Assembly: GCA_001821055.1 (NCBI GenBank)
Contig: MHRT01000010.1
Coordinates: 1-54,015 of the forward strand
Length of the DNA: 54,015 bases
Direction of reading: 5' to 3'
DNA from: Candidatus Taylorbacteria bacterium RIFCSPHIGHO2_12_FULL_45_16
GTDB lineage: Bacteria; Patescibacteriota; Minisyncoccia; Phycocordibacterales; PALSA-1337
In this document: positions 1 to 10,289 of the stretch, piece after piece
Numbering within the stretch: the stretch's first letter is position 1
Layout: each line of letters starts with the position of its first letter
Made by a program: the position numbers and the translations under genes
Notes under the pieces: generated by a model
Database searches by the model: none
Told to the model about the DNA's origin: nothing
Seen by the model: only the letters and a program-made list of their open reading frames with translations

Positions 1-75
1 GAACCCTTTCGATTCTCGCGCGCGTCCGCGCAGGCGGACGCTTACCCGCACTTTCACTCACTTCGTTCGTTCAAG

Positions 76-146
76 TGCGGGTAGCGAGAATCGAACTCGC
101 GTCTCAACCTTGGGAAGGTCGCATTCTACCACTAAACCATACCCGC
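76..146 (-). tRNA. tRNA-Gly (anticodon CCC)
   Basis: The reverse complement folds by hand into a 71-nt cloverleaf. Acceptor GCGGGTA/TACCCGC, anticodon arm CGACC-TTCCCAA-GGTTG, T arm GCGAG-TTCGATT-CTCGC. No CCA is encoded. Confidence 0.9.
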
Positions 147-207
147 TTTGCATTGTCGGTCATGATAACTCGCCAAAAACCGTACTTCCATAAAATATAT
201 ATTAACC

Positions 208-603
208 TCAAAATCGCAATCGGCGCAACAGTCTTGCCCAAAATCCAAGCGGAGGTGTTGCTACCACACTTGAGGTCGCCTGAATGGTTTTGGCTGATTG
301 GGGATCATCCACGACGACCGCCACTTCTTCGCCGTCTTTGACGGCATGATACTTGGTACGTATCTCCGTCTCTATGCCCTGATCAGTGGACAAATAGCCA
401 ACTTTGCGGGAAATATCCGCTTGGTATTCGATAATCTTGGCTAAATTTGTCTGAGCCTGATTTAACTTCGCGGCACTCGTCTCAACCTTGCCATAAATAT
501 TGAAACTCGCGCGCGCCAACACGAAAACCACAATCACCATGGCAATCACGGAGAATGGAGACGATACAAGTTTCTGCCAGAGCGAACGGTTGCCGTATTT
601 CAT
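208..603 (-). CDS. FtsB/DivIC-like septum formation initiator (single-pass membrane, coiled coil)
   Basis: 131 aa with an N-terminal TM helix (FSVIAMVIVVFVLA), a coiled-coil stretch, and a conserved-looking IETEIRTKYHAVKDGEEV tail typical of this family. Confidence 0.55.
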   Translation of the reverse strand: MKYGNRSLWQKLVSSPFSVIAMVIVVFVLARASFNIYGKVETSAAKLNQAQTNLAKIIEYQADISRKVGYLSTDQGIETEIRTKYHAVKDGEEVAVVVDDPQSAKTIQATSSVVATPPLGFWARLLRRLRF

Positions 604-841
604 ACTTCACAGTATACTAGATTCACTATGTTATTTCACCAAAGCTCGCAAAAAATCATGCGCAAAGCGATGATTGTCGTCGGTATACTCATGATTATTA
701 GCATGGTATTGCTTTATATACCGATTTGGAATTATTGATTACTCTTCTCTTCACAACCGTCCCACTGCGTATAGAGTCTCCTAGGTAAGAAAAAGAGATT
801 GGTAAATCCATCCAGCATCTACCCAGACAAGCCTTTTCGCC

Positions 842-2758
842 TTACTCCCCCGCCCTCATCATCTTGACGAAAACATCCTGCGGGATGATCACTGAACCGT
901 GCTCTTTGAGCCGTTTGCGACCTTCTTTCTGCTTCTCACGAAGTTTCATCTTTCGGGTGATATCTCCACCGGAGAGCGTGCCGGCGGCGTCTTTTTTCCT
1001 GCCGGAAATTGATCGCGAGGAGATGATCCGGCCTAGTGCCCTGGATTGGATCTTGTAGGTGAATAATTCACGCGGCATTATTTCATATAATTTTTCCACT
1101 ACCGTTTCCGCATCCTGTTCGACCCGCCGACGCGAGACCACTCGAGAAAAAGCCGGGACGACTTCATCAGCCACTAAAACATCCAGACGAACCACATCTG
1201 CCGGGCGATTTTCAGTAATATCATACGAAATCGAAGCGTATCCCGATGAAATGCTTTTGACTTCATCAAAGAAATTACGCATCAATTCGCGGAGTGGCAT
1301 GAGCATAGTGAGCATCGTCCGATTATCCCCGAAATTTTCAGTCCCAATAACTTCAGCTTCATGTTCGTAGAGAGACTTCATCAGGCCACTCAGATAGGCC
1401 GGCGGAGTGATTATCTTCATTGTCACAATCGGTTCTGAAACGCCAACCACATCGTGTTCATCGGGAAAAAGCGACGGTGAATAGACAGTCTTCTTCGTGC
1501 CACCTTTTAGCTCGACGTCGTAGGTTATGCTTGGATGCGTGACGATCAATTCAAGATCAAATTCGCGACGCAGGCGTTCTGTGACTATTTCCATATGCAA
1601 CATTCCCAAGAAACCACAGCGATATCCTTTTCCAAGAGTTCCCGACGCTTCTTCCTCATAGGTAAAAGAAGAATCTGACAGACGCAGACGGCCGAGTGCT
1701 TGGCGAAGGAGCGCCAGATCATCCTGGCTTTCAGGATAAATTGACGCCCAGACGACCGGACTGGGGCTCCTGTAGCCGGCAAGAGGTGGCAATTCATCCT
1801 TCAACGAAGAAATGGTGTCACCAACCGAGGCGATGCCTGGTTCTTTTATTCCGGTGACAATATAGCCAATTTCGCCGGCACCCAATGATTGCGTCGGCGT
1901 ATTGTCTGGGGCGAAGATGCCGACCTCGATTGGTTCGAATATTTTGGCGGCTATTTTGAATTTTAATTTTTGATGACGACCGACACTGCCATTCATGACC
2001 CGGGTATAGACGATAACTCCGGTATGATTTGAATATTGAAAATCAAAAATAAGTGAACGAAATTCCTTGGTGTCATCCGGTGAGCTTGGGGCCGGAACAC
2101 GACGAATGACTTCATTCAATAGATGTTCAACTCCTTCACCTGTTTTGCCGGAAACTTTCAAGACGTCTCCTGATTTGCAATCAAGCAATTGACAAACCTC
2201 GGCAATAACTTCTTCGGTACGCGCCAGTGGTGAATCAATCTTGCTGACTGTCGGAATAATCTTCAATCCGGCTTCACGCGCCATATTCAAGGTCGTTAGC
2301 GTCTGCGCTTGCACGCCTTGGGTGGCATCAACGAGAAGAATGGAACCTTCGACAGCTCGAAGCGAGCGTGAGACTTCATAAGAAAAATCGATGTGGCCCG
2401 GAGTGTCGATGAGGTTTAGGATGTATTCCTCGCTTTCACCTTCCGCAAACACCTGATCCGGAGACACGGATATTTTTCTGCTAGAAAATTCCTTCGCTCG
2501 CGCCGTCGCGCTTCGCATAGTCTCCTCACCGGTATTTGCATCAGGCTTGGCAGAATTGAATCGCCACTTCATCCTGACCGGTTGCATCTTTATGGTGATG
2601 CCCCGTTCACGCTCCAATTCCATGCTATCCAGCACTTGTTCCTGCATTTTGCGTTTTTCGATAGTGCCGGTTGTCTCAAGCAAACGATCGGCAAGAGTTG
2701 ATTTGCCGTGATCAATGTGGGCGATGATGGAAAAATTACGGATATTGGCTGGACTCAT
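842..2758 (-). CDS. lepA: Translation elongation factor 4 (LepA)
   Basis: N terminus NIRNFSIIAHIDHGKSTLADRLL, G3 motif LIDTPGHIDF, and a characteristic LepA C-terminal domain. It carries a ~44-aa insertion in the G domain. Confidence 0.95.
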   Translation of the reverse strand: MSPANIRNFSIIAHIDHGKSTLADRLLETTGTIEKRKMQEQVLDSMELERERGITIKMQPVRMKWRFNSAKPDANTGEETMRSATARAKEFSSRKISVSPDQVFAEGESEEYILNLIDTPGHIDFSYEVSRSLRAVEGSILLVDATQGVQAQTLTTLNMAREAGLKIIPTVSKIDSPLARTEEVIAEVCQLLDCKSGDVLKVSGKTGEGVEHLLNEVIRRVPAPSSPDDTKEFRSLIFDFQYSNHTGVIVYTRVMNGSVGRHQKLKFKIAAKIFEPIEVGIFAPDNTPTQSLGAGEIGYIVTGIKEPGIASVGDTISSLKDELPPLAGYRSPSPVVWASIYPESQDDLALLRQALGRLRLSDSSFTYEEEASGTLGKGYRCGFLGMLHMEIVTERLRREFDLELIVTHPSITYDVELKGGTKKTVYSPSLFPDEHDVVGVSEPIVTMKIITPPAYLSGLMKSLYEHEAEVIGTENFGDNRTMLTMLMPLRELMRNFFDEVKSISSGYASISYDITENRPADVVRLDVLVADEVVPAFSRVVSRRRVEQDAETVVEKLYEIMPRELFTYKIQSRALGRIISSRSISGRKKDAAGTLSGGDITRKMKLREKQKEGRKRLKEHGSVIIPQDVFVKMMRAGE

Positions 2759-2796
2759 TGCCTAGAGAATATAGCAGAAAAAGAAGGAATTACCAA

Positions 2797-4476
2797 TTAT
2801 ATATGCTCCACTTCCGCCGGAGGAACCTTCGCCTTCCAGATCTTACGGTGAAGCGTGACCCAGACCTCTTGCAGTTCCGGATTCTTCAAAATGCGAAGCA
2901 CAATAACCCCGACCACCAATCCGACCAAGCCGGCGCAAAAACCTTGGAGGAACACCCCCCAGACTTTGGTCAAAGGAAATACCAAAACGAACAAACGCAA
3001 ACTCAAAAACGCCGCGTAACCCATGATGATCGAAGCCGAAAAAATGTGAAAAAGGGTGGAGAAAACTGGACGTGAAAAAAGAGGAAACTTCTTATGGAAG
3101 ATCCACCAATGCAACACCGTATTCAACATCACCCCAATCGAATAGGCTGTGGCCAAAACTAAGGCGCTAGTTCCCTGTTGGCCACTGACTTTCAACAAAT
3201 CTTCCAAGAAAAATCTGAATATCGGATAAGCGAAAAACAATTTGGTCAGAACATAACCGAGTATGACGATGACGGCGGCGGATATAATATTGATCAACAA
3301 AGGTTTGGTGGTTTTGCCCTCGGCGTAGAACGCGCGAACAAAAAGCACGATCAAACTTTGGCCGATGACCGAAATCATAAAAATCGCCAACGAAGCGGCA
3401 GTCAGACGTGTGTCAGCCCAATCAAAAGCACCTGCACCCAAGACAGTACGGACAATCTGAGCACGGAGCACAATGAATAGAACCATTATCGGCGTTGACC
3501 AAAATATGATATGTCGCGCCGCCGCAATCATTTTCTCCAAAAATTCTTGACGGTTACCTTGCACATACAATCGCGACAGATCGGGAAAAATCGCGGACGA
3601 ATAGCTCGAGCCGATTATGGTCAATGGCACCGATTGCAAGTTGAAAGAAAGGCTAAAAACAGCGATAGAACCCTTGCTCATCAAAGACGCGAGCGCGGTC
3701 AAAAAAAATGTGGCCAGTTGGCTCGCCGATAAGGTGATTGTTCGTGGTAAAGAAAGAAAAATGACTTTTTTGACATTGGGCCACTGGATTGTCCGGGTAA
3801 ATCTCGGCAGAAGACGGGTCTCAGTCATGAACGGTATTTGGATAGCCATGTGGAAGAATGCCCCCAAAGCCACCCCGACAGCCAAACCGGCAATGCCAAA
3901 AATCGGGTAAAGAGCCACGATACCAACGATGATGCTGATGTTATAAAACAACGGGCTAGCGGCATAGACCAAAAATCTCCGGTGCATTTGCGTCACACTT
4001 GAAAATAAATTTGACAGACCGAGCAAAAACGGTGACAAGAGCATAATGCGTGAGGAAAGGATCAGGTCGGGCAATGATGAATCGTCCGCAAAACCGGGTA
4101 ATAAAAATGGAATAAGATACGGTACCAAGAAAAACGCGATAGCGCTGGCGACAATCATCAAACCAAAAAACACTGTAAAGATGGAGTTGGAAAATTTTTT
4201 ACCTTCGTCGCGCCCTTTTTCGAATCGTTCAATAAAGAACGGTAGAAGGATTGACGCGGAAACAAGAGAACCAACCGAGACGAATATCAAATCCGGTATA
4301 CGGAATGCCGCATAATATATATCCAAGTCATGTCCAGCGCCGAAGTTATAGGCCAGCAGTTTATCACGCACTAGCGCCAATAACTGCGACAAAAGCGCAA
4401 AACCAGCCAAAAGATATGCAGCCTCATGAAGACCGTTTATCTCTCTACCAATAACCGCAAACAGCCTTTTAACCAT
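2797..4476 (-). CDS. murJ: Lipid II flippase MurJ/MviN family
   Basis: 559-aa polytopic membrane protein. The N-terminal LSQLLALVRDKLLAYNFGAG is the MurJ signature region. Confidence 0.85.
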   Translation of the reverse strand: MVKRLFAVIGREINGLHEAAYLLAGFALLSQLLALVRDKLLAYNFGAGHDLDIYYAAFRIPDLIFVSVGSLVSASILLPFFIERFEKGRDEGKKFSNSIFTVFFGLMIVASAIAFFLVPYLIPFLLPGFADDSSLPDLILSSRIMLLSPFLLGLSNLFSSVTQMHRRFLVYAASPLFYNISIIVGIVALYPIFGIAGLAVGVALGAFFHMAIQIPFMTETRLLPRFTRTIQWPNVKKVIFLSLPRTITLSASQLATFFLTALASLMSKGSIAVFSLSFNLQSVPLTIIGSSYSSAIFPDLSRLYVQGNRQEFLEKMIAAARHIIFWSTPIMVLFIVLRAQIVRTVLGAGAFDWADTRLTAASLAIFMISVIGQSLIVLFVRAFYAEGKTTKPLLINIISAAVIVILGYVLTKLFFAYPIFRFFLEDLLKVSGQQGTSALVLATAYSIGVMLNTVLHWWIFHKKFPLFSRPVFSTLFHIFSASIIMGYAAFLSLRLFVLVFPLTKVWGVFLQGFCAGLVGLVVGVIVLRILKNPELQEVWVTLHRKIWKAKVPPAEVEHI

Positions 4477-4498
4477 TGAATATCTGTGTGTAAACTAA

Positions 4499-7093
4499 TT
4501 ACTTCTTTTTTTCGTTGATAGGAAGTGAAGGCCGTTTTTCTGGAGATGGCGTTACTGGGGGTTCCGCGTCCGCAAATGGAGATTTGCCCGCCTCCAGATT
4601 GTTCAGAATGAAGGCTATTTCTTGATTGTCCGGATTGGTCTTTGCCAATGACCTGAACTGGGTAATCGCCTCGGATACATTGTCGAGACGCGTATACGAG
4701 AGGCCGAGGAAATACTGAGCGTTGGCGTAATCAGGTTGAAGCTGAACAGCCGTCTCAAGTGATTTCGCGGCAACAGCATAGTCTTTATTGTTATATTGCA
4801 ACAGGCCTAGTTGGAAGAACAGAACGGGGTTCTGCGGATTGAGCTGTGTGGCGACTTGGGCGGCGATAATGGCGTCTTTCAGATTGCCTTGGGCGGCAGT
4901 CACTTGTGAAAGCACGAATATGGCATCAAGATAATTATTCTTGATTTGCAAGGCCAGACCAAGGGTTTTTAGGGCATCATCAAGTTTATTTTGGGACGCT
5001 TGCAGTCTTGCCAGATTAAGATACAAAGCTGGATTCAATGAGTTGCGCTTGATTGCTTCAGTGTAGGAATTGACAGCATTATCATACGCTTTGTCCATAC
5101 GCATATTCGTCGCTAATTCCGAGACTCGAGCTTCAGAGACAAAGTTGTAATAATTGGTAGGGTCGTAGGTAATCGCAGCTTGAGAATATTTGATGGTGGA
5201 ATTGATGACCTCAAATACATTGGAGACAATCTCCTGCGAAGTGGAGGCCGACATGCCTGATTGGACAGTCGAGATGATCTTATTGGCTTTCGCCAACCCA
5301 GCTTCCGCACGAGCCTGTAAATACACATCGGATTTGTTCAATGAATACGCGCTAGAAAACGCGGAATCGGCAACATCGGCGTCACCGCCAGCCGTCAGGA
5401 TTTTGACTCCTGAACCAAAATATGTAAGAGCGATATAGTCTTTCACATACAACACTCCCCACACTACGCCGACAATAACTAAAATCACGGTAACAATGGA
5501 GAGGACAGTGCGTGAACGAAGACCGATACGCGGCGCTATAGTGTACGGAGCGACAATGCCATATTTGACTATAACGGCAACGGCAATAGCAGTCACGATA
5601 AAGGTATAGAAAATCATCGCGTGGGACGGAACCGACAGGGCGGACATAACCCACATGAACGCAGAAATGAACACTGAAGAAGTAATCGCGAACCGGGCTT
5701 GAGAATCATTTGGTAATCGACGGAGCGCGCGAACCGACAAAATACTGAAAAAGATCAGGAAAAGTATCCAGGCAATGACGCCGAATATTCCTTGGGTCGC
5801 GACGAATGTGCTCAGCAAACTGAACGCGTAGTTGAATTCGGCATTCCACGCGTATGTCTGGTTGACAATAACCGGCTTATAGGAAATATACGCCTGTCCA
5901 AAATGATTGGGTCCAACTCCAAACACTGGAGCGCCTTTTATAACATCAGCGTCAACATCCAGCGTAAGTTGCCATGGTAGCGTAAGCGCGCTGTATGAGG
6001 CGTTAAATTTTTCAATAACTGGTTTTGCGATTGGCGTACCCCAGAATACAAACACTCCGGCTATGATGAACAATGCTAGAGGCAACCATGCAACGCGTTT
6101 TAAGAAACCAGAAAAACCAGCCGACATTGGTCGTGGACGAGCGATACTGGTAGCTATCGTGAATGCAAGCATTGTCAAGGCGCCAATTGTCCAAACTAAT
6201 AAACTGTTGATAATGAAAGTCCCAAGAAAAGAGACAATCAACACTGCCCAATAAAGTATCTTCGCGCGGCGGGATAGTGGGAGAAAAACAAGTGCGGCCA
6301 AACTGATGATTGCGATAACCATGGCATACGCAGCCAAGTCATACCATGTACCCACGAGCGTATTGGTGACTTCTGACAAAATCCCAAGGGACATAAATGA
6401 TGGTCCAGCAAGAAATCGCGCTCCATGTAATATTGCCAAAATGATAAACGGTATAATCATGCTGACATATATGAGGGAAACTCGTTCAATTTTACGGTAT
6501 ACGACGGTGAACACGACTAAAGCCGCAAGAAACAATATCAATGTAAAGCTTGCCGTCGTGAGTTCAAAACCTTGACCAAAGAATGATTTGCCGATATGTA
6601 CGCTGGTAAATGAAGAAATAACCAGTGAAAGCCCGACAAGAATGCTCGTCCGAATTATGCTTCGTGGCGGAAGAATAATCGAGTGTTCTTTGTATGCCAC
6701 AAGGCCATATAAAATAGCCGTGATAAGAATGCCGAGAGAAATTAATATTGATTTGGTGGCATCAAGTATAATATAAGGCGTCGGCAAAAATGCCAATGGA
6801 GCCAAGAAGACGGTTATTAAAAGAACATAGAAAGCGGCCGATTCTAGTCGCGACACACCATGTTTCGGAGATGTCTTGATTGGCGCCTGCGGCGTGGCTA
6901 TTGCGGTCGGTGGAATTGGCGTTGGCTTTACGGCTTGTTTTTGTTGCATCGTCGGCATAGCTGGCTTCGCTTGCGCGACCAAGACAGACGGCGGTGTTGG
7001 CGATGGATTTGAAGCTGTATTCGTACGAATATTGATAGGAAAAGAATTTTGATTCATGAAAATAAAACTTATGATTAATATGACACTTCCCAT
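4499..7093 (-). CDS. Wzy/O-antigen-ligase-like polytopic membrane protein with C-terminal TPR repeats
   Basis: 864 aa. About 12 hydrophobic segments are followed by about 6 TPR-like repeats (e.g. AYDNAVNSYTEAIKRNSLNPALYLNLARL, DYANAQYFLGLSY). The true start may be an internal Met. Confidence 0.6.
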   Translation of the reverse strand: MGSVILIISFIFMNQNSFPINIRTNTASNPSPTPPSVLVAQAKPAMPTMQQKQAVKPTPIPPTAIATPQAPIKTSPKHGVSRLESAAFYVLLITVFLAPLAFLPTPYIILDATKSILISLGILITAILYGLVAYKEHSIILPPRSIIRTSILVGLSLVISSFTSVHIGKSFFGQGFELTTASFTLILFLAALVVFTVVYRKIERVSLIYVSMIIPFIILAILHGARFLAGPSFMSLGILSEVTNTLVGTWYDLAAYAMVIAIISLAALVFLPLSRRAKILYWAVLIVSFLGTFIINSLLVWTIGALTMLAFTIATSIARPRPMSAGFSGFLKRVAWLPLALFIIAGVFVFWGTPIAKPVIEKFNASYSALTLPWQLTLDVDADVIKGAPVFGVGPNHFGQAYISYKPVIVNQTYAWNAEFNYAFSLLSTFVATQGIFGVIAWILFLIFFSILSVRALRRLPNDSQARFAITSSVFISAFMWVMSALSVPSHAMIFYTFIVTAIAVAVIVKYGIVAPYTIAPRIGLRSRTVLSIVTVILVIVGVVWGVLYVKDYIALTYFGSGVKILTAGGDADVADSAFSSAYSLNKSDVYLQARAEAGLAKANKIISTVQSGMSASTSQEIVSNVFEVINSTIKYSQAAITYDPTNYYNFVSEARVSELATNMRMDKAYDNAVNSYTEAIKRNSLNPALYLNLARLQASQNKLDDALKTLGLALQIKNNYLDAIFVLSQVTAAQGNLKDAIIAAQVATQLNPQNPVLFFQLGLLQYNNKDYAVAAKSLETAVQLQPDYANAQYFLGLSYTRLDNVSEAITQFRSLAKTNPDNQEIAFILNNLEAGKSPFADAEPPVTPSPEKRPSLPINEKKK

Positions 7094-7247
7094 TATAACA
7101 ACTGTGCAAAAAATGCCAATCTGTTCATAATTTCAAAATCGTGCTGTTTAATACCGCAAAACATCCAACTATGACTCCGCCAGATGAGCGCTTCAAAAAT
7201 CATTTTTATAAGAAAATGCCCCCGGTTTTCCGAGAGCATTTTCTTTT

Positions 7248-7700
7248 GCCGTACCGTAAGCCGAATTCTGTATCACCCGTCATGGCTTGCAAAACAAGCA
7301 ACGATGGGCTTGACAACCATTTATCTGGGATGCGCATCACTGCACACCTCGAGCGACTCAAACTGGTAACTGGTGACTGGTAACTGGTTAATCGCAGATG
7401 CGACTACAAGTTACTAGTTATCTAGTTACTAGAATACGGTCTTGCACTGAAGTAAGGATTTTGCCGTTGCACCCTCATGTTGCCATGAGATTCATCCCTT
7501 TATTCCTCATGGAATGTTCGGGATGCCTCTACCTTTCGGCTCGGGCGTCACTGTTCGCACCTCTGGGCGTTACCCTGGCAGGCGTTACCTGCTACCTGTC
7601 TCCCGTCATGAAAGCGATCGCTCATTCTCACGACTGGCAGTGTTCGGACTTTCCTCCCCTCCCTTTGTGGACAAAGGTGGAGCGATTGTCTGGTACAACT
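7248..7700 (-). ncRNA. rnpB: RNase P RNA (bacterial type)
   Basis: In the minus sense it carries GAGGAAAGUCCG (7644-7655) and ACAGAAUUCGGCUUAC (around 7256-7271). The P1-like ends GUACC/GGUAC sit near 7696 and 7251. It lies in a 670-nt gap with no credible ORF. The ends are approximate. Confidence 0.85.
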
Positions 7701-7769
7701 CTCTATAATATACACCAATTGACCTGTCTTGACAAGTAGCGAATTTTGGTATGTTTAGATGCCCATCTA

Positions 7770-10097
7770 TTACAACACCTCACAAACCCCACTGGCACAA
7801 GCCAACTCTTTTTTGAGATCCGTCTCATTTTGTTTCTCATAAGTGATGATCTTTGAATAATCAATATGCTCAAGCCGTTTGGAGAGTTCTTTGTATTTTT
7901 TCTCATCAATCGCTTCGTATGGAGCCAACTTGTAAATATGGTCCTCGCGCGGCAAGAATGACAGACCGCCAACGATATCCCAGTTGGCGTAAACCCAATT
8001 GGCGACCGCGATCCATTCGTCGTTACCAATCGAAATAGTCACGGACGGATTGTGCTCGGTAAAATTAACTTTAACCATCTTCCAATACTCAAGCTGTTCG
8101 ATGGCACTCAAATCATTTTTGAAAGTCTTTGTCCCGTCTGGAGCTTTGACCGGAAACTCCAGGACGAAAGTCGTGGCGTTCTCCATGGTTTGTCCGACTT
8201 CAGGAAAATATGGCACGCCCTGATCTTTGAGCATCCGAAACAATGAATCAGTAGAGGCGATGCGCGCGCGGCGAATATAATACTGTGAGTGGCGTGGATG
8301 CATGCCCGATGAACAATCAAATGTCTGCGAACCGTTGCCGGAAGGTTTGACGCATGTAACCGCGGTGGATTCGCCGATGCCAAATCTTTTGGCGAATTCT
8401 TTGTTTACTTTGACAGCTTCATCACGGAGTTTTCTCATGACTGATTCATTGCGAACTGCCGGACAATCCCACTGACCGGTGATGGATACGCCCAAAAGAC
8501 GCTCACGATCGCAATGTTCCCGCCATTCTTTGGAAAGATATTGAAAATTGGTGAGCATGGACTGATATGTTCCGAGGATGGTCGCCACGCGAATCTTTTT
8601 CATCAAAGTTTTTTCGGTGTCTTCAGATCTGGCGACAACTTCAGATAGATTGCAAAATTGTTTTGATTGCAAGATAATCTCGCCACAAGGATTGACCCCA
8701 ATCATCCCGATTACATGCTCTCCAGATGGATCCAAGTAACCCTTGTACTCCTTCAAAACTTTGACGCGGCGCTCCGGAAGTGACTTGGCCAACGAGCCAC
8801 GATTGAAGATGCCTCTCTCGCCGGAACGACTCTCAATCAAAGCCATCCATTCCCTCAAAAACTCTTCGTTTGTCGGCTTGTTTATGTATACAGCGGAATT
8901 GTTGGCTAAAGAACGGTGCGGGTGGGTCATATAAAAAGCGCCCTTCTTGGCATCCCGGATTTCCTGATCATCGAGGTCCGAGAGAGAAATGAGGGCGCTA
9001 CGACGGACGCCGCCGGCGACGATGCATTCGCCAATCATGCAGATAATATCGTGGATATCAATGTTGCGCAGGCGTTTGCCTTGACGATCCATCATGACCC
9101 GGCGGGTAAATTCCAAGAGACGCTGGAGAGGAGCCGGACCGGAGGCCTTACCGCCCATGACTTTGAGACGAGAACCGAGTGGACGGATGAGTGAGAAATC
9201 AAAATCTATATCTTTGCCACTAGCCCAAGTCGTGGCGCCTTTGACAAAGGCCTCACACCAGCCTTCTTTGGAATCGGCGACGGTGTGCGTCTTGATTTTT
9301 TCTCCGATCTGCATCAGAATCTGTGGAAATTTCTGGACATTGGCACTCTCGGCAGAAAAACCGACGCCAACACCGTTCATGGATATGTACATAATTTCGG
9401 AAATATCTTGGAAAGATTCTGGAGCGATATATGAACAGTTGTAAGCGCAGACATTGGTTCGGCGAGCGGCCGCTCCAGCGAACTGCAAGAGGCGCATAGA
9501 TGGAATCGAGCTCTGAGTCAAGATGGATTCACGGATTTCTTTGTATTCGCTTTCTTTGAGTTTACTGCCGAGGTTCTCGCGCATGAAACCGATATAACGA
9601 TCGACGGTCTCAATCCAAGTCTCGCGACGATTTTCTTGTTCAATCCAGCGTGAATATGTCCGATAGTAGACAAATTCACCCAAAGCATTCCGAAAATATT
9701 TTTTGGAATCAGTAGAAAGTTTGCGAACATGTTGAGGCACTTCAAAACCGATGGCACGGAGCTTGGCGCGCTCTTCACGATATAGGACATAGTGCTTGGC
9801 AGTTTTGACATAGTCGGCGCGCATCAGTTCCTGTTCGACAATATCTTGCACGCCTTCAACTGTGGGCAAAAAGTTGGAAAATTTACGCTTAATCCGAATC
9901 AGTTCGGCAAAAACCTGTTTGGCTACCAGCTCCGCCTCATCCATAGTCCCTTCTTTGACTGTATTCATCCCCTTCCAGACAGCATTGGTGATCTTGGATA
10001 AATCAAAAGGCACGATCCGACCATCGCGTTTAATAATCGTGGGGATGGAAACGGCCTTAGCCGCCGTTTTTGTGGCAGTCTTTTTATTTTTTGGCAT
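7770..10097 (-). CDS. nrdJ: Adenosylcobalamin-dependent (class II) ribonucleotide reductase with N-terminal ATP-cone
   Basis: 775 aa. ATP-cone (IIKRDGRIVPFDLSKI), active-site region GVNPCGEI...FCNLSEV, and a C-terminal Cys pair CASGVCEV. Confidence 0.85.
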   Translation of the reverse strand: MPKNKKTATKTAAKAVSIPTIIKRDGRIVPFDLSKITNAVWKGMNTVKEGTMDEAELVAKQVFAELIRIKRKFSNFLPTVEGVQDIVEQELMRADYVKTAKHYVLYREERAKLRAIGFEVPQHVRKLSTDSKKYFRNALGEFVYYRTYSRWIEQENRRETWIETVDRYIGFMRENLGSKLKESEYKEIRESILTQSSIPSMRLLQFAGAAARRTNVCAYNCSYIAPESFQDISEIMYISMNGVGVGFSAESANVQKFPQILMQIGEKIKTHTVADSKEGWCEAFVKGATTWASGKDIDFDFSLIRPLGSRLKVMGGKASGPAPLQRLLEFTRRVMMDRQGKRLRNIDIHDIICMIGECIVAGGVRRSALISLSDLDDQEIRDAKKGAFYMTHPHRSLANNSAVYINKPTNEEFLREWMALIESRSGERGIFNRGSLAKSLPERRVKVLKEYKGYLDPSGEHVIGMIGVNPCGEIILQSKQFCNLSEVVARSEDTEKTLMKKIRVATILGTYQSMLTNFQYLSKEWREHCDRERLLGVSITGQWDCPAVRNESVMRKLRDEAVKVNKEFAKRFGIGESTAVTCVKPSGNGSQTFDCSSGMHPRHSQYYIRRARIASTDSLFRMLKDQGVPYFPEVGQTMENATTFVLEFPVKAPDGTKTFKNDLSAIEQLEYWKMVKVNFTEHNPSVTISIGNDEWIAVANWVYANWDIVGGLSFLPREDHIYKLAPYEAIDEKKYKELSKRLEHIDYSKIITYEKQNETDLKKELACASGVCEVL

Positions 10098-10289
10098 ACT
10101 GATATGTAAACAGCTTTTTGCTGGTAAATATTTTTAATAATCTAATGGTGTGCTGTCATTCTTAACTGAAAATATTCCCCCGAGTAGTCAAGAAGTTATT
10201 GTTTCGTTTCATTGTACATCCTACTGGCCAATAAAAAAAGCTGTGGATAATGATTTAGAGCACAAAATTTATTCTTGTCTATGAATATC

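Noticed and set aside
864-1370. ORF-track entries antisense to or nested in strong genes. Examples: 864..1058, 1059..1370, 3178..3480, 5113..5328, 8108..8383, 19476..19889, 20475..20888, 25594..26049, 45648..46109, 51168..52430.
   Set aside because: These are shadow ORFs inside well-supported conserved genes on the opposite strand or in another frame. They have biased or low-complexity composition and no recognisable motifs.
10098-10289. Looked for an NrdR box or a cobalamin riboswitch upstream of the class II RNR.
   Set aside because: No convincing palindromic NrdR-type box pair or B12-box-like sequence was visible. I cannot exclude weak sites without a profile search.
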